DNA of 64,000 nt from an uncultured Verrucomicrobiae bacterium (GTDB lineage: Bacteria > Verrucomicrobiota > Verrucomicrobiia > Chthoniobacterales > UBA10450). The first letter of the stretch is position 1, and every line of letters begins with the position of its first letter. Below, piece after piece: positions 9,199 through 20,765 of the stretch. The stretch is taken from positions 32,001 to 96,000 of the forward strand of contig CAVSDR010000006.1 of the NCBI GenBank assembly GCA_963726745.1, read 5' to 3'. The notes beneath the pieces were generated by a model, which was given only the letters and a program-made list of their open reading frames with translations, had not been told where the DNA came from and did no database searches. A program made the translations under genes and the position numbers.

Positions 9199-11130
9199 CT
9201 AAACAATTCCGCTTGCGAGCAAATCGTGCTTCCCGCCCATGAGTTCCTGGGTGAGCTGGTAGCCACGCTGGTCCGCATTCTTCGAGGTGCCGGCGAAGTG
9301 CTGGTCGATCCGCGTTTTGGCCGAGGCGCAGAAGTAATTAGCCAGCGAGATGATTTCTGCGGCCGGCTTGCCCTGGTCGATCAAATGCTGCGCGTAGGAG
9401 CAGGTGGCGCTAATCGCAAAAATCTCCGTGGCCACGCCGACGAAGCGGGAAAGGAGAAGCTGTTCGCGATCGAGTTTCGGACCGAAGCGCATCATCGCGT
9501 GGAAGAGACCACGCGCGAGTTTCTTGCTCATGGTCGCGCCGTATTGGATATGCGGTCGCAGGTCCGCATGCAGCTTGCTCAGGTCGCCGGTTTTCGCGGG
9601 CGTGAACTGCTTCGGATACCAGCGCGAATAGAACGAGCCGCTGCCGAACATCGCCTTGATCCGCGTGGCCATCGGCACCTGCGTGTTGAAGATCGCGCCG
9701 CCGACCTTGAGGTGCGGATCGAGCGCTTCGCGCGCAATGAAGAGACGCATGATTTCGCTCGAGCCCTCGAAGATCATGTTGATGCGGCAATCGCGCAGGA
9801 AACGCTCGACCGCGATCGGTTCCTCGCCGCGACCGGCGAGCGATTGCGCGGTTTCGTAACCGCGGCCGCCGCGCACCTGCATCGCTTCGTCGGCGATCCG
9901 CCAGGTCATCTCCGTGGCCCACATTTTGCACATCGCGGTCTCGATGCGGAGGTCGCTCGATTTCCGGTCGACCAAAGCACTCGTTAGGAAAGTGATCGCC
10001 TCCATCGCGAAGGTGTAGCCGGCCATCTCCGCAACCTTGCCGGCGATCGCGGAATGCTTGCCGATCGGCGCGCCCCATTGCACGCGCTCGCTGGCCCACT
10101 TGCGGCAGATTTGCACAAGGCGCTTCGAGAGGCCGACGCAGGCCGCGGGAATCGTTAGCCGGCCGGTGTTCAAAGTCGTTAGGGCGACCTTCAAGCCCTG
10201 GCCTTCCTTCGCGATCAGATTCTCACGCGGGACGCGCACGTCGGTGAATTTGACGATGCCGTTATAGAGCGCGCGCAGCCCCATGAAGTGGCAGCGATAG
10301 GTGATCTCCACGCCCGGATAATCGATGTCGACGATGAAAGCGCTGATCTGTTTCCGCTCCTTGCCGTTGACCATCTTTGGCGGCGTCTTGGCCATGACCA
10401 CGAGCACGCCGGCCTTGATCAAGTTGGTGCACCACAGCTTCTCGCCATTGAGGATCCAAGCGGTGCCGTCTTCGCTCAGCTTCGCTTCCAGGCTCATGTT
10501 CGCCGGGTCGGAACCGGCGTTCATTTCGGTCAAAGCGAACGCGGAGATTTCCTTGCGCGCGACCCGCGGGAGATACTTCGCCTTCTGCTCTTCGGTTCCA
10601 AAAATCAGGAGCGGCTGCGGCACGCCGATCGACTGATGCGCGGAGACGAGCGCGGTCAGGTTCGCGTCCCAGCTGCCGAGCAGCATCGCCGCGCGGCCGT
10701 AGTTCACCTGCGAAAGGCCGAGGCCGCCGTATTGCTTCGGCACCTTGATCGCAAACGCGCCCATCGCGAAGAGCTCGTCGATGTTCTTCTGCGGGATCTC
10801 GCCGGTGCGATCGATCTCGTCCGCGTCGACGTTGTCGTGCAGGTATTGCTTCAGCTCCGCGAGGAACGCTTCGCCCGCCGACTTGTCTTCCGCGCTCTGC
10901 TCCGGCCACGGGAAGATGCGGTCGAAATCATAACGACCGATGAACAAGTTGCTGGCAAAACTGCCGCGTTCATCGAGCGGATCGCGCGAAGATTCCGCGA
11001 GGTCGAGCGCAGCGGCCTTCCCGGCCGACATCTTCGAGGTGTCAATCACCGGCGCGGCGGATTTCTCCACCGGCTGGGCGCTGGTCTCGGCTTTGATCTG
11101 TTCAGGTGGCGCTTCGAGCGGTGTCTTCAT
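9199..11130 (-). CDS. Acyl-CoA dehydrogenase (VLCAD/ACAD9-like)
   Basis: AFALTE..AGSD, LNGEKLWCTN, QVRGGRGYE, RDCRINMIFEGSSEI. Confidence 0.92.
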   Translation of the reverse strand: MKTPLEAPPEQIKAETSAQPVEKSAAPVIDTSKMSAGKAAALDLAESSRDPLDERGSFASNLFIGRYDFDRIFPWPEQSAEDKSAGEAFLAELKQYLHDNVDADEIDRTGEIPQKNIDELFAMGAFAIKVPKQYGGLGLSQVNYGRAAMLLGSWDANLTALVSAHQSIGVPQPLLIFGTEEQKAKYLPRVARKEISAFALTEMNAGSDPANMSLEAKLSEDGTAWILNGEKLWCTNLIKAGVLVVMAKTPPKMVNGKERKQISAFIVDIDYPGVEITYRCHFMGLRALYNGIVKFTDVRVPRENLIAKEGQGLKVALTTLNTGRLTIPAACVGLSKRLVQICRKWASERVQWGAPIGKHSAIAGKVAEMAGYTFAMEAITFLTSALVDRKSSDLRIETAMCKMWATEMTWRIADEAMQVRGGRGYETAQSLAGRGEEPIAVERFLRDCRINMIFEGSSEIMRLFIAREALDPHLKVGGAIFNTQVPMATRIKAMFGSGSFYSRWYPKQFTPAKTGDLSKLHADLRPHIQYGATMSKKLARGLFHAMMRFGPKLDREQLLLSRFVGVATEIFAISATCSYAQHLIDQGKPAAEIISLANYFCASAKTRIDQHFAGTSKNADQRGYQLTQELMGGKHDLLASGIV

Positions 11131-13172
11131 AAAATTTCGTTCCCTCCTGGGAGTGCTTCCGTAATAGATCGCACGGCGCGAACTTAGCACCTGCACGAGA
11201 ATGCAGCCCGTCCATTTCCGTCACGATCGTTTTGGGCCCGCGATGGTCCGCATACCGCAGCGGCCCGCCGCGGAAGGGCGCGAAGCCCGTCCCCATCATC
11301 ATTCCAAAATCGGCGTCGGCTGGCGTCGCGATGACTCTTTCCTCGAGGCAGCGCGCGGCTTCGTTGACCATCAGGAAAATGAGCCGGTCGGCTAAATTCT
11401 CCGCGGCGAAATTCTCGCCGGTGGCCTCGCGCCATTCCTCGAGCGCCTCGTTCGGCGCCTGGCTTTTGCCTTCGTATTTGTAGAAGCCCGAGCCGCTCTT
11501 CCGGCCGAGCATTTTCGCCTCCAGCATCTTCCGCAGGATCGGCGCGGCTTCGTCCCGCCGTCCGTAGGCTTTCTCGAGCGTGTCGGCAATGTCGACCGTA
11601 ATATCGACACCGATCTCGTCGATCAAACGCAGCGGGCCCATCGGCATGCCCCAGGCGACCAAAGCGCTGTCTATTTCCTCCGCGGAAACGCCGGCCTGGA
11701 AGAGCTCCGCCGCGTCGAGCAGATACGGGAAAAGGACGCGATTGACCAGGAAGCCGGGGCTGTCCTGCACCACCACCGGCAGCTTCCCGATCTGCCGGGC
11801 GAAGGCGAGCGCGCGCTCGGTCGTCTCCGGCTCGGTCTGCTGGCCGACGACGACCTCGATCAATTTCATGCGGCTGACGGGATTGAAAAAATGGAGGCCG
11901 ATGACGCTGCCGGGCCGGTCGGTCGTGGCCGCGAGCTCGCTGATCGGCAGCGCGGAGGTATTGGTCGCAAGGACGGCAGACGGACCGGTCTGCTTGGTCA
12001 AATTGGCGAAGATCTGTTTCTTGATCGCGAGCTTCTCGGAAGCCGCCTCGACCACCACCTGCACATCGCGCAAGCCATCCTGCACGGTCGAGGCGACAAT
12101 CCGCGCGCGCCCTTCCTTCGCCTTCTCGTCGCTCATCAGGCCACGCTTGACCGCGTCGCCGTAAGGTCTTCTCGATATTCTTCAGGCCGCGATCGAGCTG
12201 CTCCTCGGAGACATCGCGCAAGATCACCGAAACACCGCGTGCGCTGAGCCATTGGGCAATGCCTGAGCCCATGACGCCGGCGCCGATGACGGCCGCGTGC
12301 GCCACCTTTTCCGCGGGCGCCTTCGAGCTGCCTTTTTTGAAACGATCGCCGAGGAAGAAATTGCGGATGAGATTCTGCGTGGTCTCGGTTTCGCCGAGCT
12401 CGACGATCGCATCGAGCTCCATGCCTAACGACTCTTCCTCCGACTTGCCGGAGCGGATGATCTCGAGTGCGCGTTGCGGCGCGGCGTTGTGGTCCTGCTT
12501 CAGGCGGAAATCGCCGGAAGCTGCCGGCGGATTCGCGACGGGACGCTTGCCTTTCGCCAACATTTTCCGGGCGGCGTCGAGCAAGCCGTCGCGCGGCACC
12601 ACTTCATCCACCAAGCCGAGCCGCAACGCGTCCTCCGCGGTGTGTAATTTACCCTTCAAGATCACTTCCGCGGCCGCATCCACGCCGATCAAGCGCGGCA
12701 AACGGGTGGCTCCGCCCCAGGCCGGCACCAGGCCGAGCGTGGTCTCCGGCAAACCAATGCGTGTCGCGGGCTCACTCGTGGCGACGCGGTAATCGCACGC
12801 GAGCGTGATCTCGTAGCCGCCGCCGGCGCAGGCGCCGTGAATCGCGGCGACCGTCGGAACCTTGAGCGCGGCCAGGCGATTGAACTGTTTTTGCCCCTCG
12901 GCAATAAAGGCGCGCAGCTCGCCGGTTTGCGCCTGGCGCAAGAGCGTCTGCAGGTCGGCCCCGGCGATGAAAATCGACTTCTTCGCGGAGACGACGATTA
13001 CGCCTTTCAAGTTGCTGTCTGTTTCCAGCGCGTCGAGGTGCTCGCGCAAGCTCGCGATCGTCTTCGCGTCGAAGATATTCGCGCCGGATTCCGGCCGGTC
13101 GAAAGTCAGCAGGCAGATGCCGTCGTCGCCCATTTCGCGGCGGATCATCGAAGCAGTCTCAGTGGCGCTCAT
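11102..13172 (-). CDS. fadJ: Multifunctional enoyl-CoA hydratase/3-hydroxyacyl-CoA dehydrogenase; apparent frameshift near 12160
   Basis: Crotonase motifs FIAGAD, GACAGGGYE, GLPE; GAGVMGSG; ATNTSAL, GLHFFNP, PGFLVNR in the second frame. Confidence 0.88.
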
Positions 13173-13297
13173 CGCTGAGCACCTTGGCGAGATTCCCTGA
13201 GATTCCAAGTGCGAGCCGCGCACGCGCAGGCCCCGCGTTGCGCGGCCACATGCACGGTGATAGAACTCCCTGCCGCCGCCCGCGGCCGTGCGTTCCC

Positions 13298-14695
13298 ATG
13301 GTCGGCCGTTTACTCCAACCCGAAATCCAGAGCCTGATCGACGCGCGGAATTTCACCGCGCTGCGCGAGCTTTTCGAGGATTGGCCGCCGGCGGACGTGG
13401 CCGAGGTCATCCTCGACATGCCGGAGAGCGAGCAGGTGATCATCTTCCGCGTGCTCCCGCACGAGCTCGCAGCCGACGTCTTCGAGTATCTCGACGTGGA
13501 CGCGCAACAGCAGTTGCTCAAGGCGATGGCGCACGAGCAGGTCGTCGGAATTCTCAATGAGATGTCGCCGGACGATCGCACGGCGTTGCTCGAGGAAATG
13601 CCGAGTGCGGCCGCGCGGCAGCTCATTCGTTTGCTCACTCCGGACGAGCGCCGGATTGCAACCGCGCTGCTTGGTTATCCAGAGAGCAGCGTCGGTCGTC
13701 TGATGACGCCGGACTTCATCGCCGCGCATGATGACTGGAGCGTGCGCGAGGTGCTCGATTTCGTGCGCGAGCATGGGCAAGACTCCGAGACGCTGAACGT
13801 GATCTACGTGGTCGATGAGCGCGGGAAATTAATCGACGACCTGCGCATCCGCGAAATCCTGGTCAAGCCGCTGGATGCGAAAATGGCCGACATCCGCGAC
13901 CAGAATTTCGTCGCGCTGAATGTGAACGACTCGCAGGAGGACGCGCTGAATATTTTCCGGAAATACGATCGCACCGCGCTCCCGGTGGTCGACGGCACCG
14001 GGGTGCTCGTGGGCATCGTGACCACGGACGACATGCTCGACGTGGCCGAGGAAGAAGCCACCGAGGACATCCAGAAATTCGGCGGCATGGAAGCGCTGGA
14101 CGAGCCCTACATGCGCATTCCGCTCTGGAAGATGGTGCGCAAGCGGGCCGGATGGCTGGTGATTTTGTTCCTCGGCGAAATGCTCACCGCGACCGCGATG
14201 GCGAGCTACCAGGACGAGATCGCCAAGGCCGTCGTCCTGGCGCTGTTCCTTCCGCTGATCATCTCCAGCGGCGGCAACTCCGGCTCGCAGGCCTCGACCT
14301 TGATCATCCGCGCGATGGCCCTGGGGGAAGTGACGCTGAAAGATTGGTGGCGGGTGATGAGCCGGGAACTGCAGGCCGGACTCTCGTTAGGCGGCATCCT
14401 CGGGACGATCGGCGCGCTGCGCGTAGCCCTCTGGTCCTACGTGGGCGAGCATTATTTTCATCGCGAACTCTATGGCCAGCACTGGCCGCTGGTCGCGGCC
14501 ACGGTGGGCGTGTCGCTCGTGGGCGTGGTCCTCTGGGGCTCGCTCTCCGGCTCGATGTTACCGTTTGTTCTGCGCCGCGTGGGCGCGGACCCGGCCACGT
14601 CCTCGGCGCCGTTCGTGGCCACGCTGGTCGACGTGACCGGCTTGATCATCTACTTCTCGATCGCGCTCCTGATCATGCGCGGCGCGATGCTTTGA
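13298..14695 (+). CDS. mgtE: Magnesium transporter MgtE
   Basis: N-domain, CBS pair, SSGGNSGSQ, DPATSSAPFVATLVDVTG. Confidence 0.95.
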   Translation: MVGRLLQPEIQSLIDARNFTALRELFEDWPPADVAEVILDMPESEQVIIFRVLPHELAADVFEYLDVDAQQQLLKAMAHEQVVGILNEMSPDDRTALLEEMPSAAARQLIRLLTPDERRIATALLGYPESSVGRLMTPDFIAAHDDWSVREVLDFVREHGQDSETLNVIYVVDERGKLIDDLRIREILVKPLDAKMADIRDQNFVALNVNDSQEDALNIFRKYDRTALPVVDGTGVLVGIVTTDDMLDVAEEEATEDIQKFGGMEALDEPYMRIPLWKMVRKRAGWLVILFLGEMLTATAMASYQDEIAKAVVLALFLPLIISSGGNSGSQASTLIIRAMALGEVTLKDWWRVMSRELQAGLSLGGILGTIGALRVALWSYVGEHYFHRELYGQHWPLVAATVGVSLVGVVLWGSLSGSMLPFVLRRVGADPATSSAPFVATLVDVTGLIIYFSIALLIMRGAML

Positions 14696-14699
14696 GTCG

Positions 14700-15740
14700 T
14701 TAGACGGCGATCTCGACCCACTCGTTGCGCGCCCGCGAATCGGCCACCGCCTGGACCACGCGCATGTAAGCCACGCCTTCGTCGAACGACGGCGAGGGCC
14801 GCATCCGGCCACGCGATTTAACCGCGGCGACGAAATCATCCTCCACCTGCCACGTGCCTTCGAGCTCCGGCGGAATCTCGAGGTCATGCACATCGACGTC
14901 GCCGACTTTGCCCACGCGGATCCGATCCGTGCCGAACTCGTAAAACATGCTCCCATTCTCGCCGTAGACTTCCAGGCGGTCGCGCGTGCGGTGCGCATCC
15001 ACCCCGCTGAACTCGAGCACGCCTTCGGCGCCATTCTCGAAATCGCAGAGGATGTTGACCAGGTCCGGCACCTTGACCTCGTAGCCTTGGCGAAGCGTGT
15101 GGAGCGTTTTCGCGCGCGCGAAGACTCCGCGGATGTTCCCGAGCCAGCGCTGCACCACTTCCACGTAGATGCCGAGCGCGAGCACATTCAGCCCGCTGAT
15201 CTCGATCCGCTGCCGCCAATGCGCCGGCGCGTCGGCGTTCAAGTAGGCGCCGGTAACGCTGTGCAGGCGGACGCGCAGGATGCGACCGAGGTAATGCTCC
15301 GCGAGGAGCTTTTTGACGACAAGATCACCGCGCAGGCCAAACGGCGGCGGGCATAGCATGGTGACCAATTCCGGAAAACGCCGCGCGGTGGCGCGCATCT
15401 CCTCCGCCTCGGCGAGGTCCATCGCCATACGGGCCTGGCAGAAGACGTGTTTCCCAGCCTCGAGCGCCGAGACGGTGATCGCCGAGTGCATGTAAGGCGG
15501 GGTGCCGATCCAGACCACGTCGATCTCGGGAATGGCCAGGAGGTCGACCCAGTTTTGCAACGGGAGCGCCTCGGGCGCGTGCTCCTCGCAAAATTTCCGC
15601 GAGCTTTCGTAGGAGGAATTGGAGACGGCGACGATCTCGACCTCCGGGTGGCGCCGCAGGCCGGGGAGGTGCCGGCGGCGGACGATTTCCCCGGCGCCGA
15701 TGAATCCGACGCGTATTTTTTGATTGGTCCGTGGCGGCAT
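14700..15740 (-). CDS. Gfo/Idh/MocA family oxidoreductase
   Basis: RVGFIGAG, IDVVWIGTPPYMH, AGKHVFCQ. Confidence 0.88.
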   Translation of the reverse strand: MPPRTNQKIRVGFIGAGEIVRRRHLPGLRRHPEVEIVAVSNSSYESSRKFCEEHAPEALPLQNWVDLLAIPEIDVVWIGTPPYMHSAITVSALEAGKHVFCQARMAMDLAEAEEMRATARRFPELVTMLCPPPFGLRGDLVVKKLLAEHYLGRILRVRLHSVTGAYLNADAPAHWRQRIEISGLNVLALGIYVEVVQRWLGNIRGVFARAKTLHTLRQGYEVKVPDLVNILCDFENGAEGVLEFSGVDAHRTRDRLEVYGENGSMFYEFGTDRIRVGKVGDVDVHDLEIPPELEGTWQVEDDFVAAVKSRGRMRPSPSFDEGVAYMRVVQAVADSRARNEWVEIAV

Positions 15741-15871
15741 TTTTTCTCCTCGTGCTGGCAGTGGCAGTCTGGCGGAGTTCACCGGGAGCGCAACCCGTCC
15801 AGGCGCGGAAGAATCACTTGACCGGCGGGAGTGAGCACGGCACCTTGCGCACTCTTTTTCCGGGAACAGTT

Positions 15872-16141
15872 ATGTCTAAAGTTTGCAGCATCACAGGATC
15901 GAAGGTCAGCCGTGGAAGTATCATTCATCGCCGCGGTATGGCGAAGAAGAAGGGCGGCGTGGGCCGTCACGTGACGAAGAACGTGCCCCGCACCTTCACC
16001 CCAAATCTGCATGAACACCGCGTTTGGGTGCCGGAATTGAAGAAGTTTGTCCGGGTCAAGGTGACCGCGCGCGCATTGAAGACGCTGAACAAGAACGGCG
16101 CCTACGCGACCCTGAAAAAAGCCGGCCTGATCGCGGCTTAG
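15872..16141 (+). CDS. rpmB: 50S ribosomal protein L28
   Basis: MSKVCSITG...RTFTPNL...VKVTARALKTLNKNG. Confidence 0.95.
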   Translation: MSKVCSITGSKVSRGSIIHRRGMAKKKGGVGRHVTKNVPRTFTPNLHEHRVWVPELKKFVRVKVTARALKTLNKNGAYATLKKAGLIAA

Positions 16142-16273
16142 CCGACAAGATCGCAGGCAAGGCCTGCGTCTGAGCGAGCGAGAAAGCTTTCCTTTACCCT
16201 CCCCCATGGCCGCGTCGCAGACTTGGCCGGTTGGAAAACGCCGAGGCTGCTGTCGGCTTAAAACAGCAAGCTT

Positions 16274-17954
16274 CTACGGAGCTTCTGGGGTTGGCTTTTC
16301 CTGCGGTTGCGAGTCTGGTTCTTGATCGTTCGACGGAGCCGCCTGAGGCGACACCCCAGCATGGGCAGCCGGAGCCGCGGGCGTTGCACTAGCCGGCGTC
16401 TCCGCAACGGCGGGTGCCTCCATCTCGCTCACGCTCTGCTCGATTGCGAGTCCGCCGACTTCGTCCACCGGCACCGGCGAAATGTCGGCTACATCTTCAG
16501 TCGGGGCGACGGCTGGCGCTTCCGCTTCCGGCGGCCGGCGCCTTCGCTTCCGGCTTCTTCATGGCTTCCGGTTTCCCGGCTGGAGCGGGCGCCTTTGCCC
16601 GCGGGAGGTCAAGCGTGCCGTCGTTGAATTCGATCACGTAACCTTCGCTCGCGAGCCAGCGCAGGTCGGAAGCCAGCGAAAGCTTCACGCGATCGATCTC
16701 CGACTGCTCCGTGATGCCTTCCACGAGTTGGTCGGCCAGCTGTTTGCGGGTCACGCCGCTGGTCGCCTGGAGCTTCTCCATGATCGCATTGATCGAGGCC
16801 GAGACACTCGCGCGTTCGTGGTCGAAGGCGCGGATGCGCACCGGCGAGACGAACAGCATTCCTTTGCGGTGGCGGAAAATATTCAGCCCCGCGCCGCGCA
16901 ATCCGCCGGCTAATTCCTGCATCATCTTCGAAGGCGACCGGACCTCGGCCGACCAGGCGTTCTCGATCACACGGCCAAGCCCGCGATCGGGCAGGCGCCG
17001 GCTAACGACGCCGCTGACCTTGAGCTCCGGCGCGCTCCGCAGGAGTTGCGGCAGATGCGTCTGGCGAAAATGCCGCTCGGCTTCCGCGAGATTGTGAAAG
17101 GTCGTGGGCGCCTCTTCCCCTTTGGTCGTGTAGGTGGTGATGCTGCGCGCCTGTTCCTTCCACTGCTCCACGACCGCAGGATCACTTACCACTTCGATCT
17201 GGCGCTGGAAATCCTGGAAGCTCATCCGCCGGCTGTAGCGCTGTTCGTAGAGCGAGCGCAATTGCGGCTGGTAGTTGTGGTGGTTCGTCGGGCCGAGCAG
17301 CGTGCCGCTCACGCGGTCGCGCGCGACATTGCTGAAGTTGCCCTTGATCGGCTCCGTCTGCGTCGTCTCAGTGTTGTAAAACTCGTCCTTTGCGTTCGCA
17401 AACGCGCTCCCTTCGAGAATGCGCGGATCCGCCGCCACCGCGCCACCCTCGCCGAGCTGGTGCAGGCTCACGCCTTCACCAGCGGTCAGCAGGACGTCGT
17501 AGCGCTCCGGCTTGTCGAGAAACATGCGCGCGAGCGCGAAGACCGAGTAAGTCACCGGCCCGGACTTGATCTGCGCGATCACGCTCTCGAAGGCGGCGGC
17601 ATGCGGGAGAAATTTGACGGCGACCTGCGGCAACGGCGCCGGTGCCTCGCGCGGCGGACGCTCCGGGCCGCGATGACGATCGTCCGGCCGGCTACCGGGA
17701 CCGCGATTGCCGCCGCCGGGACGCGCGGGCCGATCGCGCTGGTCGCGTTGATTCCGATCGCGCGAAGGTCCGCCGGGACGCGGACCGCGATTTCCACCGC
17801 CCGGGCGCGGACCGCGGCGCTCGCGGTCGCCGAAACCCGGGCGCTCCACCTCGCCCTCGTAGTTCGAGTAGTCGTTAGTCTGCGCGGGTTCGTTGACCCA
17901 GGCAGGCATCATTTTCAGGTCAAGCAGATCGGCAGGCGTAGTCGGCGCGGACAT
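16274..17954 (-). CDS. Hypothetical protein with Arg/Gly/Pro-rich disordered N-terminus and Pro/Ala/Glu-rich tail; apparent frameshift near 16530
   Basis: Long ORF 16497-17954 with typical codon usage; low-complexity tail continues in ORF 16274-16474. Confidence 0.7.
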
Positions 17955-18123
17955 CCTTTCTCTCTTAGCCCAAGGCCACGTGAAGTAAACCGCTCCCTCC
18001 CAATAATCGGCGACGCCGCGCGCCGGAAATTAAATTGACAAGGGGTCGAATTCATTTACTTCCCACGTTGCCGGGACTGCTTTAACCCTCGGCCCCATTC
18101 CGCAGCGAAAAATAGATACTTTT

Positions 18124-18372
18124 ATGAGCGACAAACCGATCGAAGAGAAGGTCAAGGATATCATTGTTGAACAGCTGGGCGTGAACCCGGAACAGGTCAC
18201 CCCGCAGGCCTCCTTCATCGAGGATTTGGGCGCCGACTCTCTCGACATCGTCGAGCTGGTGATGGCTTTTGAAGAAGAATTTAACGTCGAAGTGCCGGAT
18301 GAAGATGCCGAGAAACTCCAGACCGTGGGCGACGTGGTGAAGTACATCGAAGAGAAACAGTCGAAGCAGTAA
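18124..18372 (+). CDS. acpP: Acyl carrier protein
   Basis: [20 protein letters not shown] phosphopantetheine site. Confidence 0.97.
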   Translation: MSDKPIEEKVKDIIVEQLGVNPEQVTPQASFIEDLGADSLDIVELVMAFEEEFNVEVPDEDAEKLQTVGDVVKYIEEKQSKQ

Positions 18373-18416
18373 TCCCCAGGCGCTGGCCTTCCCCGGCCGC
18401 GCAGTTTTGGACCCAG

Positions 18417-18445
18417 AAAAACACGGCTTCGGCCGTGTTTTTTTT
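18417..18445 (+). terminator. Rho-independent terminator after acpP
   Basis: AAAAACACGGC-TTCG-GCCGTGTTTTTTTT: perfect stem, UUCG loop, U-tract. Confidence 0.9.
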
Positions 18446-18489
18446 GTTTCGGCGGTTGCCACCGCAATCAGCCCGCACAGAGTGACGCG

Positions 18490-19610
18490 ATGAATCCCGA
18501 GCTCCTGGAAAGCCCGATCTTCTGGGTGGGCTCGCGCTACGTTTCCACCTTGGGATTGATCGCCTTCGTCGCGATCTTTCTCGCCGGCATCATCCTCGCC
18601 CGCCTCTTGCAAAGCGAGGCGGTGCGCCGCCTCTTCAGCCGCTTCAAGCTTGAGAGCAATTTCATCGCGATCGTGACCACGATCCTGAGCTTCTCGGCGG
18701 TGATTTTCTGCACCATTACCGCGATCAATGCCGCCGGCATTCCCCTCGCCTGGGACGCGCCGCTGCCTGCAGTTAAGCTGAGCATCCTGCAACTGCTTCT
18801 CCTGGTGATTTTGCTGGTCGCGGTCTTCTGGCTTTCCTCCGGCACGAAGCGCTTCCTCTTTACCCGCCTGCTCGCGAACAGCGGCCTTAACCGTTCGCTC
18901 CAGTACGCCATCTCGCAAATCATCAGCAAGGTCGTCCTGGTCGTCGGAATTATCCTCGTGCTCGAGAACAGCGGGATTCATCTCGCGGCGCTCACGGTCT
19001 TTGCCGGCGCGGTTGGCGTCGGCATCGGCCTCGGTCTCCAGAATATAGCCAGCAACTTCATCAGCGGGATCGTCATCCTCGCCGAGCGTCCGATCAGCAT
19101 CGGCGATCGCGTGGAAGTCGAAGGCGTCGCGGGACAGGTGCTGCACATCCGCGCGCGCAGCACCGTCATCGTGACGAACGACAACATCTCCATGATCGTG
19201 CCGAACCAGAAGTTCATCGACTCGACCGTGACCAACTGGACCTACGGCGATCCGCGGGTGCGCTTCCGCATTCCCGTGGGCGTGGCCTACGGCAGCGACA
19301 CCGAGAAGGTGAAAGCAGGCGTCTCATCGCCGCCGGCGCGGAACATCCCATGACCTTGAAGGAGCCCGCACCGACGGTCTTTTTCGACAAGTTTGGCGAC
19401 AGCTCGTTAGACTTTGAACTCGTTGTCTGGTGCGCCGAGATGAGCCACCGTCCGCGCCGCTTCCGCAGCGACTTGAACTTCGCGATCGAGCGGAAACTGC
19501 GCGAGGCCGGGATCGAGATCCCCTTCCCGCAGCGCGACCTCCATTTCCGCAGCGGCGAAGTGCGCGTGCTCCAGGGCGAAGCCAAAACGCCTGCGCCCGG
19601 CCAGACGTAG
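18490..19610 (+). CDS. Small-conductance mechanosensitive channel (MscS family); apparent frameshift near 19320
   Basis: GIGLGLQNIASNFISG, IGDRVEV, IVPN, VGVAYGSD, then FGDSSLDFEL and GIEIPFPQRD in the next frame. Confidence 0.88.
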
Positions 19611-19613
19611 CGC

Positions 19614-20765
19614 GTGGAAATTTCCTTCGACGGCGGCTGCGCCCAACTCGTTAGGCTGCCGGAGCTGCAGGCCATTCCGGAATGGCGCGAAGTCTTCGCG
19701 GCCAACGCAAGGATCCGCGCTTCTACGAAATCGTCGACCAAACGCTCGCGTCCGGTTTCGAGCATCATTACCTCATCCTGCGCGACGACACCGGCCGCGT
19801 CCGCGGCGTGCAGCCGTTGTTTTTCGTTCAGCAAAATCTGGTCGAGGGCGTGCCGGCTCTTTTCGGCGCGGTCCATTTCCTGCGCCGCTTGTTTCCGCGC
19901 TTCCTGACTCATGCGCGTGCTCATGGTCGGCAACGCCGCGGGCGATGGCCACCCGGGAAATAGCCAGTCAGATGACGAGGCCTGGGTCGCGCGCGCGCTC
20001 GGCGCAACGCTCGTCCCGATCGCGCGCCGGCACCGCGCTTCCTTGATCGTCTTCAAGGATTGGAACAGCGCCTGGCGCAAGGCCATGCGCCCGCTGCTCG
20101 ACGCCGCTTTTACCCGCGTGCCGAGCATGCCGATGACGCAGCTCGCGCTCAGCCGCTACCGCGATTTTGACAGCTACTTCAACAGCCTAAGTAAAGCGAC
20201 GCGGAAGGATCTGCGGCGGAAATTTCGCCGCATGGAAAAAGCGCCCGCAGTCGAGCTGGAAGTTTTATCCGACATCACGCCGCTGGTTGACCAGGTCTAT
20301 CCGCTTTACCTCCAGGTGCAGGCGCGCTCGAAGATGAAATTCGAGACCCTCACGAAAGCTTACCTTTGCGAATTGGGCCGGCGGATGCCGGAACGCGCGC
20401 GCTTTTTCGTCTGGCGAAGCGAAGGGCGCATCGTCGCTTTCAGCGTCGCGCTGGTGCATGGCGGCACGATCTACGACGACTACCTCGGGCTCGATTATCG
20501 GGTCGCGCTCGAGCGGCATCTCTACTTCCTCACCTTCCGCGACATCCTCCGCTGGTCGCTCGAGCAAGGTCTCACGCGCTACCTCAGCAGCCCGCTGAAC
20601 TATGAGCCAAAGCTCCGCCTCGGCTGCGATCTGCTCCCGCTCGATCTCTACGTGCGGCACACCTCGCCGTTGCTTAACCAACTCTTCGAGAAAATCCTCC
20701 CGTTGCTCGAGCCCACGCGCCACGATCCCGTGCTCCACCGCTTCCCAAATGCCGACGAACTCTAA
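19614..20765 (+). CDS. FemAB-like double-GNAT protein; apparent frameshifts near 19710 and 19910
   Basis: FDSYFNSLSKATRKDLRRK, YLGLDY, YEPKLRLG; N-terminus (KDPRFYEIV...) split across frames. Confidence 0.7.

Noticed and set aside
13173..13297. Mg2+ (M-box) riboswitch upstream of mgtE
   Set aside because: The intergenic region is only ~125 nt, is shared with divergent fadJ, and shows no recognisable aptamer or terminator.
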